Origin: Octopus vulgaris
Taxonomy: Eukaryota
Assembly: GCA_951406725.2 (NCBI GenBank)
Contig: OX597835.1
Coordinates: 34,286,001 to 34,350,000 of the forward strand
Length of the DNA stretch: 64,000 nt
Direction of reading: 5' to 3'
Shown: piece after piece, positions 14,480-26,347 of the stretch
Position numbering within the stretch: position 1 is the stretch's first letter
Layout of the letters: each line of letters opens with the position of its first letter
The notes under the pieces: generated by a model
Seen by the model: only the letters and a program-made list of their open reading frames with translations
The model's database searches: none
Told to the model about the DNA's origin: nothing
Position numbers and translations under genes: made by a program

Positions 14480-14829
14480 CCTGGTGTAGCTGCAACCGCA
14501 GGATTTTGGTTTCAGTCCCACTGCGCGGCACCATGGACAAATGTCTTCTATTATAGATCCAGGTCGATCAATGCCTTATGAGTGAATTCATCAAGTGAAT
14601 ACATGAACCAGAACATTCAAAAACATTCAAATCCAACGGGTTGTGCGCCTTCATGTATGCTTCCGCGTGTGCCTTCTATGCCTCTTGCTGGTCATAGAAT
14701 GTATGTATGTATGTATGTATGTATGTATATATGTATGTATGCATGCATGTATGTATGTATGTATGTATGTATGTATGTATGTATGTATGTATGTATGTAT
14801 GTAGTATGTATGTATGTATGTATGTATGT

Positions 14830-14860
<31 letters not shown>

Positions 14861-15192
14861 CATGTATGTATGTATGCATGTATGTATGTATGTATGTATG
14901 TATGTATGTATGTATGTATGTATATATACACGTATGTATGTATGTATGTATGCATGTATGTATGCATGCATGTTTGTTTGTGCTTAATCTTATCTCGCAT
15001 CACCGCTTGACAACCGGTGTTGGTTTGCTTACTTCACCGTAACCTAGCGTTTCGACAAAAGTTACCGATGGAATAAGTACTAAACGAAAAATAAATGAAA
15101 TAAATACTGGGGTCGATTTATCCGTCTAAGCCCTTCAAGACTCTACCCCCAACATGCTCGTAGTCCAATGTCTGAAACAAATAAAAGATAAC
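14480..15192 (+). mobile_element. Old SINE family A copy with expanded internal (TATG)n
   Basis: 5' half (TTCAGTCCCACTGCGCGGCACCATGGACAAATGTCTTCTA) and 3' half (CGCTTGACAACCGGTGTTGGT...GAAACAAATAAAAGA) flank about 270 bp of TATG repeat. Confidence 0.7.
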
Positions 15193-15736
15193 AGACTTTT
15201 GCCGCCATTACTACCGCCATCTAATGACCTCAGATAAGTCTGACCTTGTACTACATCTGGTCACGGCCATGCGACCTCCTTGTATCTCATTGTCTCGTCC
15301 CCTGTATACTATCCCCATTTCCCCACTCTTACTGTAGGCCCGATACTAACTGCTCCACACGCTCCTTTCTGCTCCGGAATGTTAATCCCCCGGAATTTCA
15401 TCCCCGCTTCTGTTTTGACTGCAGTTGTTGATAAATGACATTAGGCCGAATCAGTGTCTCTGATCTCGAATGACCTGGACAGTTATAGACAGACAGACAC
15501 ACACACACCTATCTTATAGAATGAAGTATTAAAATAAAAGCCCCCGCCATACACACACGCGAACGCACACAAACACACACACTTACACACACGCATGCAC
15601 GAACATGCAGGCTTATACACACGCTTGTGTGTGTGTGTATGTGTGTGTGTGCATTTTTTCTCTCCTGTTCCAGCTCAGAGCTGCGATATATATATATATG
15701 TATATATATACATATACACACACGCATTTATATATA

Positions 15737-15910
15737 TTCTCTTGTTTCAGTCATTTGACTGAGGCCATGCTGGAGCACCGCCTTCAGTCGAACAAATCGA
15801 CTCCAGGACTTATTCCTTGTAAGCCTAGTACCTATTGTATCGGTAACTTTTGCCGAACCAGCATCAGTTGTTAAGCGATGATGGAGAGAAAAACAGGGAT
15901 ACACACACAC

Positions 15911-15979
<69 letters not shown>

Positions 15980-16540
15980 CGTGTGTGTGTGTGTGTGCGT
16001 GTGTGTGTGTGTACGATGGGCTTCTTTCAGTTTCCGTCTTCCAAATCCACTGACAAGGCTTTGGTCGGCTCGAGGTTATAGTAGAAGAAACATGCCCAAG
16101 GTGTCAGCAGTGGGACTGAACACGGAACAATGTGGTTGGGAAGCAAGCTTCATTCATTGGACTGTGGCCATGCTATAGCACCGCCTTGTAGAGTTTAGTT
16201 GAACTAATCGATCCCGATACTTACTTTATTTTTTTTATAAATCAAACAATTATTCTATCAGTCTCTTTTGCTGAACAACTAAGTTTAGGGACACAAACAT
16301 GCCAACACCGGTTGTCAAGCAATAGTGGTAGACAAACAACACATAGACTACACACACATAGATATATACATACACACATACGATGGGCTTCTTTCAGTTT
16401 CCATCCTTCAAATTCACTCGCAAAGCTCTGGTTGACCAAGAGTTGCAGAAGAAGAGCTTTTAAAGGTGTCACACTGTAGGACTGAACCGCTAACCATGTA
16501 ACTGAGAAACAAAGTTCTTACCACACAGCCATATCCCTGA
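15737..16540 (-). mobile_element. Two adjacent SINE family A copies (15737-16150, 16155-16540)
   Basis: Collinear with the family A consensus seen in the window. Confidence 0.8.
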
Positions 16541-16648
16541 CTATAGATACTCTTGAAATTGAAGACAATGAATTTTTCCAAAGCTTTTTGTTACTTTTGT
16601 CTTGGCCCCTTGGGTGCAAGATGAATAATATGGTAAATAGCATCGTAT

Positions 16649-16706
<58 letters not shown>

Positions 16707-16864
16707 GTATATATATATATGTGGTGTACATTTAAACACATAAGGAATCCACTCGTGGAATTCAACACGTTAGAAAGAACAGCTAGCTTCTATAACCACA
16801 AAAATTAGGGATAAAATTCGACAGGAACGAAATGAAAAAGTAAAAACATTTTACCTTCCAGTTT

Positions 16865-16945
16865 CCTGGACCAATTGGTTTCTGATTTTAGTTTAGCAAG
16901 CAAATAAATAATATTTGCTCACGAGGTGAAATCGTCCTCAACAAG
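16865..16945 (-). ncRNA. Hammerhead-like motif in a probable Penelope pLTR (about 16705-17110)
   Basis: Minus strand reads CTTG, TTGAGGA, long stem II (GATTT..AAATC), GAAA, CCAATTGG, TC, CAGG. Palindromic stem III and a GUC site are present; C3 is mutated to U. Confidence 0.6.
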
Positions 16946-17110
16946 TACACCTTGGGTTAAATACATAAACAACGAGGCAATCAAACTATATGCCTCCCGT
17001 TTATATATCCTAATTTTTCAAAATCTACTGCGCAGACGCAGCCCTTCGCCGGCAATAAAAAAATGCCAACTTTTAAGATCGAAAATTATCCCAAAAACTT
17101 ATAATACTTG

Positions 17111-17199
17111 AACATATCAACGGGAAATGGAAAGTTAATTAAAATTTTCACCTCCTGGAGGTGAAAATTTTAATTAATTTTCCATTTCCCTTTGATATG

Positions 17200-17201
<2 letters not shown>
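17111..17201. repeat. Near-perfect 91-bp hairpin
   Basis: AACATATCAACGGGAAATGGAAAGTTAATTAAAATTTTCACCTCC-T-GGAGGTGAAAATTTTAATTAATTTTCCATTTCCCTTTGATATGTT. Confidence 0.9.
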
Positions 17202-17245
<44 letters not shown>

Positions 17246-17691
17246 GTGAATGAATTATCCTATGTTTATCGTCAGCATGGAAAATTCGTTGAACCGAAAC
17301 CTGGGTAGCGAATTCACGTCAGAAACACGGTTGAAGCGACCTGTCCAAATGTAGAAACTCCCGGTTCATGTGCAGAAATTTGTGTTTTGTTTACCATGTA
17401 GGCAGTCATCGAAATTTTTGTTCGTCTTGTTGTCGAGAGAGGCTCCCTTTCTTTCCTGATGAGAAGATTGCATAATGCGCCCTTTATTCCTTTGGAATGA
17501 AACCATGTTGTCTTCGAAACATATGTCGAGAGTAAAGGAATTTTGTTAACATCTTCGTTCGACTCCATTCTTTCATTTATTCCGCCCGTCGCATCGACCG
17601 CACCACCTTCCTCTCACCCACCCACCCAACCGCACCCCCTTCCCCCTCCTTTTCCACCCCTCTACTCTACCCCTTCGTCGCAAGATACTAC

Positions 17692-18243
17692 GTGCCTTCC
17701 GTCGCCTCCAGCTTGATCCCTAACCCGCCCCTGTCCTCCTTCAAACGAGCCCGGAATCTACGCGACCTCCTGGTCCACAGCACCCTCTCTCCTTCCCCCT
17801 CAGCCTCACACGAATCATTCCCTTGCTCTAGATCCCGCTGCAACACTTGCCCCTACATCACCAACACCACTGCTGTCACCGGCTCCAACCGGCGAACTGT
17901 ACGTATTAGGTACTCTTTTACGTGCACCTCGTCTGGCCTCATATACTGCATTAAATGCAACCTATGCGGGATGCTGTGTGAAGGACAGACGGGACGCCGG
18001 TTGCCCGACCGATTCACAGAACATTTGAGGGACGTTCGCCTACACTCTTTTTCTCCCGTCGCACGCCACTTCCGCTCGGCCAGCCATTCCCTAGATGACA
18101 TCTCAGTGTTTGGTCTCGCCCCCCACAATGGTCGTCCACTTTCTATGCTCCACTTGGAGCAACGCTACATCTTCACCCTACAAACCACTACCCCACACGG
18201 ACTTAACACAGCCCCCTCCTCTAAAGTTTTTTTTTCCGGATAA
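17692..18243 (+). pseudogene. Penelope-like element, C-terminal CxxC/GIY-YIG endonuclease fragment
   Basis: FKRARNLRDLLVHS...CSRSRCNTC...FTCTSSGLIYCIKCNLCGMLCEGQTGRRLPDRFTEH...PVARHF...EQRYIFTLQTTTPHGLN. YIG is degenerate (CEG). Confidence 0.92.
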
Positions 18244-20760
18244 ACACCCAAACACACACACACACCTACCTACCTCCCACACGCCTGTTCACACACACAC
18301 ACACACATCCGTATACACATCTACGTACATACATTCACACATTTAATCACACATACTTATAGACATACATACACACACTAACATACAAACCAACATGCAC
18401 ATACATACACACATACATACATACACACACACATACACACTTACACACACACACACAGACATACATACATACATACACACACACATACATACATACACAC
18501 ATACACACACACACACACACACATCGCACATACATACTTCACACACCTATACTTACATACACACACACACATGCACACATACACGTATGCACACACACAT
18601 ACATACATACATACCTACACATGCACACCTTTACACGAATGCACCCACACATACACATATTTGCATCCAGACACCCCCACCCCCCCTCCTTTCTGCTTTC
18701 TGGTTTTGGTTGATGGATCTTCGGTTCCCGTGGAGCGGGTGGTTCGGGGGTCCGCGCGCACGCGCGCCTTGGCGCGTACTGGGGGTTGGTCGGCCCCATG
18801 GGCTTGCGTTGTATTGTTTGTGTGTTGTGTGTGTGAGCGTGCTTCGTGTGTGTGGGCGTGCTTCGTGTGTGTGCGTGCGTATGTATACATACATACACAC
18901 ACACACGCATGCATCCCTACCCACATACATACACACACACATACTTACACACACACATACACACACATACACACACACACATACCCACACACACATACAT
19001 ACATACACACACAGACATACACACATACACTCACACTCACACGCATACACACACACACATATACACGTACACGCACACATACACACACACACACCTACAT
19101 ACATACATTACACTTGTACACACACACACCCATACATACATACACCTATACACACACGCCGACACACATACATACACACAAACATAAACACACACACATA
19201 CACATACACATACGCACACACACATATACTTACACACATGCACACTCACACACACACATACATACATACACCCATACACATACACACACATACTTACATA
19301 CTCCTATACGCACATACATACACACAGACATACACACATACACACTCACACATACATACACACACACATACTTACACACACACTCGCCTGCACGCGCACA
19401 CACATGCATGACACACACCCATACACTCACACTCACATACACACACACCAACATATACACGCACACGCACACATACACGCACACACACACCTACACTCCC
19501 ACACACATACATACGCACCTACAACACACACACACGCATACACACGCACACACACGCATACATACATATATTACATACGTACACACACACCTACATACCC
19601 TCACCCATACATACACACATACATACACACACACGCACAGACATACACGGACACACCCATACATACATACACACATACACCTATACACACACGCCTACAT
19701 ACCTACATACACACACACACATGTACGCACATACACACACATATACGTACATACAGATATACTTACACACATGCACACACACACATACATACGCACATGC
19801 ATGCATGCATGCACACGCGCACACATACACGCATGTACGCATACATGCATACACACACACACACACACACGCACGTACACATACATACATACACACACAC
19901 ATACATACACCCATACACATACATACATCCTATACACACATACATACACACACACACACTTACTCACACACTCGCATGCACGCGCACACACATGCACATA
20001 CACACACTTCCACACATACACACGTACATACATACACACTCATACACATACACACACATACACACGGACATACATCTATACACACACATATACACACACA
20101 TACTTACATACATTCAATCGGACACACTGACACCCAGACATACACACAGACACACTCACACATCCACACACACACATACTTACACACACACTCGCAGGCG
20201 CGCGCACATACATGCATGTGCGCGTTCGCGCACGCATACACACATGCATGCACCACGCCCGTGGGTTCCGACTAGATCTCTTGTTCGTATCTGGGGCCGG
20301 CGTGTTTCTTGGGTTTCTCTTACGCCTGTCACCGCGGAGCACTTTTCCATCTTTCCCTCAGTTGCAGTTTGTTTCCTTAATAGCCCCACCTTTTGTACAC
20401 ACACGCACACACATACATACACCCACTCCCACGCACTCACACACACACATTTGCATATATATATACATTACACTTACACACACTTCAAATTTACTTGCCA
20501 TACATACAACTACGCACACTGGACACACACACACTACAACTCAACACACACACTGGCACGTTACATACGCCCCCACCCATTCCCTCCTTCCTCCTTTTAC
20601 CACTGACCACTGACTTGCGACTGCTATGTCAACTACCTTTCGCCCTACGTACACACACTTACATACAGACGCACGAACTAACATATACATTTTTTTTTTA
20701 TCTCGCCTTACACACACATACACACACGCACACGTACACACTCACACATACATACACATT
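18244..20760. repeat. About 2.5 kb of degenerate CA/CATA low-complexity sequence downstream of the Penelope ORF
   Basis: Directly visible. Two GC-rich islands at about 18675-18885 and 20255-20390. Confidence 0.9.
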
Positions 20761-21062
20761 ATTCTTCCCATTCATCGAGTTGTTACCAACCTTCCTTTTT
20801 CCGCTCTTTTGTCGTTAAAAACCAGCCCCTGTTATCCAAAACTTCCGGCCTTTCAGCATGTTTACTTCGTAAAAACTAGTCGCGTTTTTTTCCCTCCGTT
20901 CGCCCACCTCGGGTTCTTTCTTTCTTCCTTCTCTTATGTTTCCGACGAAGAGCTCCGCTCGAAACGTCATACCCTCCTTCTTCCCGTTTTCCTGAGCGCC
21001 TAATAATAATACTTTAATTGTTCCACGTGTTGTTGTTTTTTCTGTTTTCCCGTTTGGATTAA

Positions 21063-21064
<2 letters not shown>
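20760..21064 (+). mobile_element. Penelope-like pLTR/3' terminus containing a variant hammerhead (20938-20972)
   Basis: CCGACGA-A-GAGC-TCC-GCTC-GAAA-CG-TC. A related copy lies at 21815-22050. Ends in (TA)n. Confidence 0.7.
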
Positions 21065-21115
<51 letters not shown>

Positions 21116-21123
21116 TGTGCGTG

Positions 21124-21340
21124 CGAGGGGGTGCTGAAAAGCTTCTGGATTTAGGGTATCGCAAAAGGCCTGATTGGAGGCCCAAACTTCCGAGTTCTTA
21201 TTACAAGGCTTAGAAAAACTGAAGGAGCGCTGTAATGGGTATGTTAATCTGAGAGGGGAATATATTGGATAAAATCATAATTAACTTTTCCTCCTGTGTT
21301 TTCTTTTACCCAATGCCAGGAACGTTTCACCACCACCTCG
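21124..21340 (+). mobile_element. Mariner-derived MITE
   Basis: TIRs CGAGGGGGTGCTGAAAAGCTTCTGG / CCAGGAACGTTTCACCACCACCTCG. Internal remnant of the transposase C-terminus (GLEKLKERCNGYVNLRGEYIG). A second copy lies at 62845-63015. Confidence 0.8.
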
Positions 21341-21412
21341 TATATATGTATATATATGTGTGTATATAAGTGTGTACACACACAGACACACACACAAACA
21401 TATATATATATA

Positions 21413-21760
21413 TGGCACCTTGGGCAAGTGTCTTCTACTATAGCCTTGGGCCGACCAAAGCCTTGTGAGTGGATTTAGTAGACGGAAACTGAATGAAGCC
21501 CGTCGTATATATATATGTGTGTGTGTGTGTTTATATGTTTGTGTGTCTGTGTTTGTCCCCTCCCCCCAATATCGCTTGACAACCGATGCTGGTGTGTTTA
21601 CATCCCCGTCACTTAGCAGTTCGGCAAAAGGGACCGATAGAACAAGTACTAGGCTTACTAAGAATAAGTCCTGGGGTCGATTTGCTCGACTAAAGGCGGT
21701 GCTCCAGCATGGCCGCATTCAAATGATGGAAACAAATAAAAGACTAAAAGAGTAAAGAGT
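21413..21760 (+). mobile_element. SINE family A, 5'-truncated
   Basis: Starts at the CORE-like GGCACCTTGGGCAAGTG and ends in an AAGAGTA tail. Confidence 0.9.
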
Positions 21761-21766
21761 ATATAT

Positions 21767-21813
<47 letters not shown>

Positions 21814-21814
21814 A

Positions 21815-22045
21815 AGACCTTTCTACTTCCGGTCTTTCAATATGTGACCTCGTGAGTACCGCTAGCGATTTTTTTCCTCTGTCTTCCCTTCTCGGGATCT
21901 TTCCTTCTCCTATGTTTCCGACGAAGAGCTCCGCTCGAAACGTTAAACCCTCCTTCTTCCCTTCTTTCCTGAGCGTCCAATAATACTTTATTTGTTCCAC
22001 GTCCTCGCGTTGTTGTGTGTTTTTTTTGTGTTTTCTTGTTTGGAT

Positions 22046-22050
<5 letters not shown>
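21815..22050 (+). mobile_element. Solo Penelope-like pLTR with variant hammerhead (21914-21948)
   Basis: Homologous to 20880-21064. GTTT-CCGACGA-A-GAGC-TCC-GCTC-GAAA-CG-TT-AAAC. Embedded in TA repeats. Confidence 0.7.
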
Positions 22051-22097
<47 letters not shown>

Positions 22098-22194
22098 CAT
22101 ATATATACATATATATATATATAAACGCACACGCATACACCATTATATTGTTATATTAAGTTCAAATTCCGCCGAGATCGACTTTAACGTTCAT

Positions 22195-22463
22195 CCAGTG
22201 GTTAGGGCAGCGGACTCGCGGTCGTAGGATCGTGGTCTCGATTCCCAGACCGGGTGTTGTGAGTGTTTATTGAGCGGAAACACCAAAAGCCTCACGAGGC
22301 AGGGCGCGGTGGCGATCCCTGCTGTACTCTTTCGCCGCAACTTACTCTCACTCTTTGTTCTGTTGGCCAGCGGGGTGGCGTCGTTTGAAGGCTAAAACAA
22401 TGTGAAGCGCATTGTGACCAGCGATGTGTAGCAACATCTGATTCGCCTGGTCGGCCATGTGAT
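22195..22463 (+). mobile_element. tRNA-derived SINE family C, partial
   Basis: CCAGTGGTTAGGGCAGCGGACTCGCGGTC...GGTCTCGATTCC (A and B boxes). Homologous to 60288-60650. Confidence 0.8.
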
Positions 22464-22487
22464 CTTGAGATATTATATTATATTGAA

Positions 22488-22882
22488 CTAGCAGTATCGC
22501 CCGGCGTTGCTCGGGTTTGTAAGGGAAATAACTATATAAGTATTTTTAGAGATGTAAAGTATAATAGCCATCTCAATATGGCTAAGCACAAAGGGGGGTG
22601 TTACTGTAGCTTTTTACGTTCTGAGATTTAATAATACATTTTTAGAGAGTTACTTCCCTTATATATGCTACAAATGCATTAAAAATGGGAAAAAATTATG
22701 GTAATTTTTTTTTTAAATCGTAGACTTATCGTAGACGCGCGCTAATACCCAGAAGGGCTCGATATGAATCACGACTATAAGATACCCGCTTTTGGCTAAA
22801 CTGTACTGCAAAATGTGGGAGTAGTTAGGAATCTAAATCGTAGGAGACAGACATCACACAACCTCACTTTTATATATATAGA
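22488..22882 (-). mobile_element. Non-autonomous Helitron
   Basis: The minus strand begins a|TC(TA)nAAAG and ends with hairpin CCCGAGCAACGCCGGG followed by CTAG|t. Inserted between A and T with no TSD. Confidence 0.8.
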
Positions 22883-23293
22883 TTATATTACATTATATAT
22901 TATGTGAACACATACTTGACATTACATTCATTTTCGCCTTGAATCCACATTTTCAGTGAATCAGCAAAAGTATGAAATATAAGAAACGGAGAAAGGGAAA
23001 GCAAGAAAGAAAATAGGAAAAAAGAAAGAAGTCAGTTGTATAGACGGAGATATTCCAGTGTGTTTTCCCAATGGTATTTACTGAAAGAAAAGGGGATGTT
23101 ACTTAGTAAGAAAGACTGAACTGTGAAGTCGGTGGCACAAAACGCAACTTGTTTCTTTCTGTCTGACACAAGACTCTCTTACGCCATTTTATATATTCTC
23201 CTCCGCCGCTGTAGCTTTATAATTGATATTATTACCACCTCGCCCTTCCTTTCTCTGCATGGCTATATATATATATATATGTATATGTAAATA

Positions 23294-23383
<90 letters not shown>

Positions 23384-23601
23384 GGTATATATATATTCAT
23401 ATATATATACACATATATATATTCATATATACATCTATATATCTATGTATATACATATATATATGCATATATGTGTATGCATATCTGTATGCATATATGC
23501 ATGTATATATGTATGCATGCATGTATGCATGTATGTATGTATATGTATATATATATGCACGCATGCATGTATGTATCTATGTATGTATGTATGTATGCAT
23601 G

Positions 23602-23665
<64 letters not shown>

Positions 23666-23730
23666 GTATAAATTTCAACTATATATGTATATATGTGTGT
23701 GTGTGTGTGTGTATGAATGTATGTATAGCA

Positions 23731-23777
23731 AAAACTGTCTGATGAACGGCAACGAGAAACTCAGAGTAACAGATTTT
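23731..23777 (+). ncRNA. Minimal type I hammerhead ribozyme with canonical core (Penelope pLTR remnant)
   Basis: AAAACTGT-CTGATGA-ACGGCAACGA-GAAA-CTCAGAG-TA-ACAGATTTT. Intact core, stem I, palindromic stem III and GUA site; stem II is weak. Confidence 0.7.
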
Positions 23778-23804
23778 GTTGAATTTTCTGCTGCTTAAAA
23801 TAAA

Positions 23805-23846
<42 letters not shown>

Positions 23847-24264
23847 AAGCATGTGTGTATGCAAGCATAACATACTCTCACTGTGCAAAGCTATCACCTC
23901 TTTCCCATTATTTCTCTTTCTTTCTGCTCTTCTCCCTCTCCATCTGTCTCCTCTCTCCCTCTCTCTCTCTCTCATTCTCTCACTGCCTCTCTAACGTGCA
24001 TGTATTCATGCATAGTATTCTCCCGTATGTGTCTGTCTACCTGCATATCTGTCTACATGTCTATTTCTCACATTCTCGCTCTCTCTCTCTCACTCAGTCC
24101 CTATCTCTTATCGGCTCTATTCTGCCTTTTGTCTCATGTTTTCTTTACTATTCTCTAACACAAACTCTTCAGCACTTTTCTCTTTACATACGCATAAAAA
24201 CATATAGAAATACATACTTAGATCCTTTTATATAGTCAGACAAGTATACAGAGAGGCAGACAGG

Positions 24265-24273
24265 CAGGCAAGC

Positions 24274-24349
<76 letters not shown>

Positions 24350-24382
24350 TAATAAATTGATTGATAGATTAATAAATTGATT

Positions 24383-24457
<75 letters not shown>
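24265..24457. repeat. (GATA)n microsatellite bordering the Tx1 cluster
   Basis: Directly visible. Confidence 0.95.
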
Positions 24458-24459
<2 letters not shown>

Positions 24460-25260
24460 CTTTCTTTTATTAGCCACACAGGGCTGAATACAGAGGGGAC
24501 CAATACAAATGCAGAGCTTTTCTTTTCGAAAGTGGAAAAAAAAGAAAATAAATGTAAGATTGCGATCAAAAGGGATCGAGAGGAGGAAAAAATTTATCAC
24601 AGAAATAATGATAAAAAACATTGATAAAACAAGATTGGGTTCATCCGTGGGAAGAAAAGCCAACAGAAAAGACCACGGGAACCTCAGTCAGGGAGGAAAT
24701 AACCACATGAGAGCAAAATGCTCTCTCTCTTTCTTTTTTACGATTTACAGGGTCATGCTCAAAATGGTTTCGTCACTCACACGCACCATCTTTGCAACAT
24801 TCACCCATCTTTTTTTGAATCTTTCGCGAGACAAAACTTCCCTCTCCATTCTCACCTTCCTTTTCAAGTGGTACTTGAAAAAGTTGATGAGCGATTGGCC
24901 AGAGAGGTAAGTGTTTGCCTCTAATCCTTTCGCTCGGGTCCACCACACACATTCTTTCACCATGGCCACCAGTACGATGAAAACTGCCTTGCCTTCCCGG
25001 TTGTTGGGAAGGGGGCGGAGCAATTCTCACGATAGACTCGACCGATAGGCGAATTCGTCCCACACGTGGCAGCAGCCGTTCGGCATAAGCCCACAGGTCT
25101 GAAATGGTTGGACATTGCACGAGTGCGTGCAGAACGGTTTCGTCGCTCTGACCGCATCTCGGGAGAGTCGGTCCAGTGTGTCTGGAACCGTGTCTGTAGA
25201 GCTTATCCCGAACAGGTAATGCTTCTCGATAGCACTGCCAGGCCAGGGATCTTTGGTGAT
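24458..25260 (-). mobile_element. L1/Tx1-like LINE, 5'-truncated copy 1
   Basis: SLAWQCYREALPVRDKL...PRCGQSDETVLHALVQC (zf-RVT-like), homologous to the ORF2 C-terminus at 26350-26860. The 3' UTR ends AATAAAAGAAAGT followed by (TATC)n. Confidence 0.9.
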
Positions 25261-25282
25261 CACAGATAAATTGATTAATTGT

Positions 25283-25370
<88 letters not shown>

Positions 25371-25384
25371 CAGACAGGTAGGTT

Positions 25385-25990
25385 GATATGTTTCTTTATT
25401 GGCCACACAGAGGGGACAAAATACAAAGTAGAGCTTTTCTTTTTGGGAAGGAAAAAAAAAGTGGGGTAGAATTTCCATCAAAAGGGATCGTGGAAAAAAA
25501 AAGAAGCCGATCAATAGGGATGGTGTATCACAGAAATGTCAATGGGAAACAGATTAGGTTTATCCGTGGACAAAAAAGCCTATGGAAAAGACCACGGTAA
25601 CCTCGAGCTATAATGTTATGCAAAAAAACACATTACAGTAACTCTTTTTTCCTTTCTTTTTTTGGTTCATAGGATCATGGTCAAGGTGGCTCCGTCATTC
25701 ACACGTGACATCCTTGCTACATTCACCCATCTTTTTTTGAAACATTCACTAGACAAAACTTCCATCTCTACTCTCACCTCCCTCTTCAAGTGATACTTGA
25801 AAAAGTTGATGAGAGATTCACCAGAGGGGAAAGTGTTTGTCTCCAGACCTTCCAGACGCGTCCACCAGATACATTCTTTCGCCATAGCTGCAAGTACGAT
25901 GAAAATAGCTCTTCCTTCCCATTTCAAGGAAGGAGGCGCGACAGTATTGACGATAGACTAGGTTGATAAACTGACTCATACCACACGCGG
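25385..25990 (-). mobile_element. L1/Tx1-like LINE, 5'-truncated copy 2
   Basis: AMAKECIWWTRLEG...FFKYHLKRE...RWVNVARM. 3' end AATAAAGAAACATATC. Flanked by GATA/GATT/GACA repeats. Confidence 0.9.
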
Positions 25991-26347
25991 TTGATTGATT
26001 GATTGATTGATTGATTGACAGACAGACAGACACGACAGACAGATAACTTTTTATTGTAGCCACACAGGGCTAAACACAGAATAAAAATGGACGAAATACA
26101 ATGTAGAATTTTTTTCTTTTCGAGGTGGGATGGGTGGGGCACACGAAAAAAAAAAAACGTTTGATCAATAGGGATCTGTGGGTTGTGTGGTGTATAAAAA
26201 AGCAATATATATATATATATATATATAAGGTTCACAGTTTAGGTGTAGCCTTGGAAAGAAAAACCTACAAAAAAGACCAAGGTCACCTCAGACAATTCGA
26301 AAAAGAACACATGAGTAAGTCGCCTTACTTCTCGTTGTCTCTTTTGG

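Noticed and set aside
15196-15480. Possible degenerate LINE 3' fragment
   Set aside because: Only vague similarity to CR1/L2 C-termini, not enough to call.
17283-17315. AATTCG..GAAACCTGGGTAGCGAATT resembling hammerhead stems I and III
   Set aside because: The CUGANGA core and stem II are absent.
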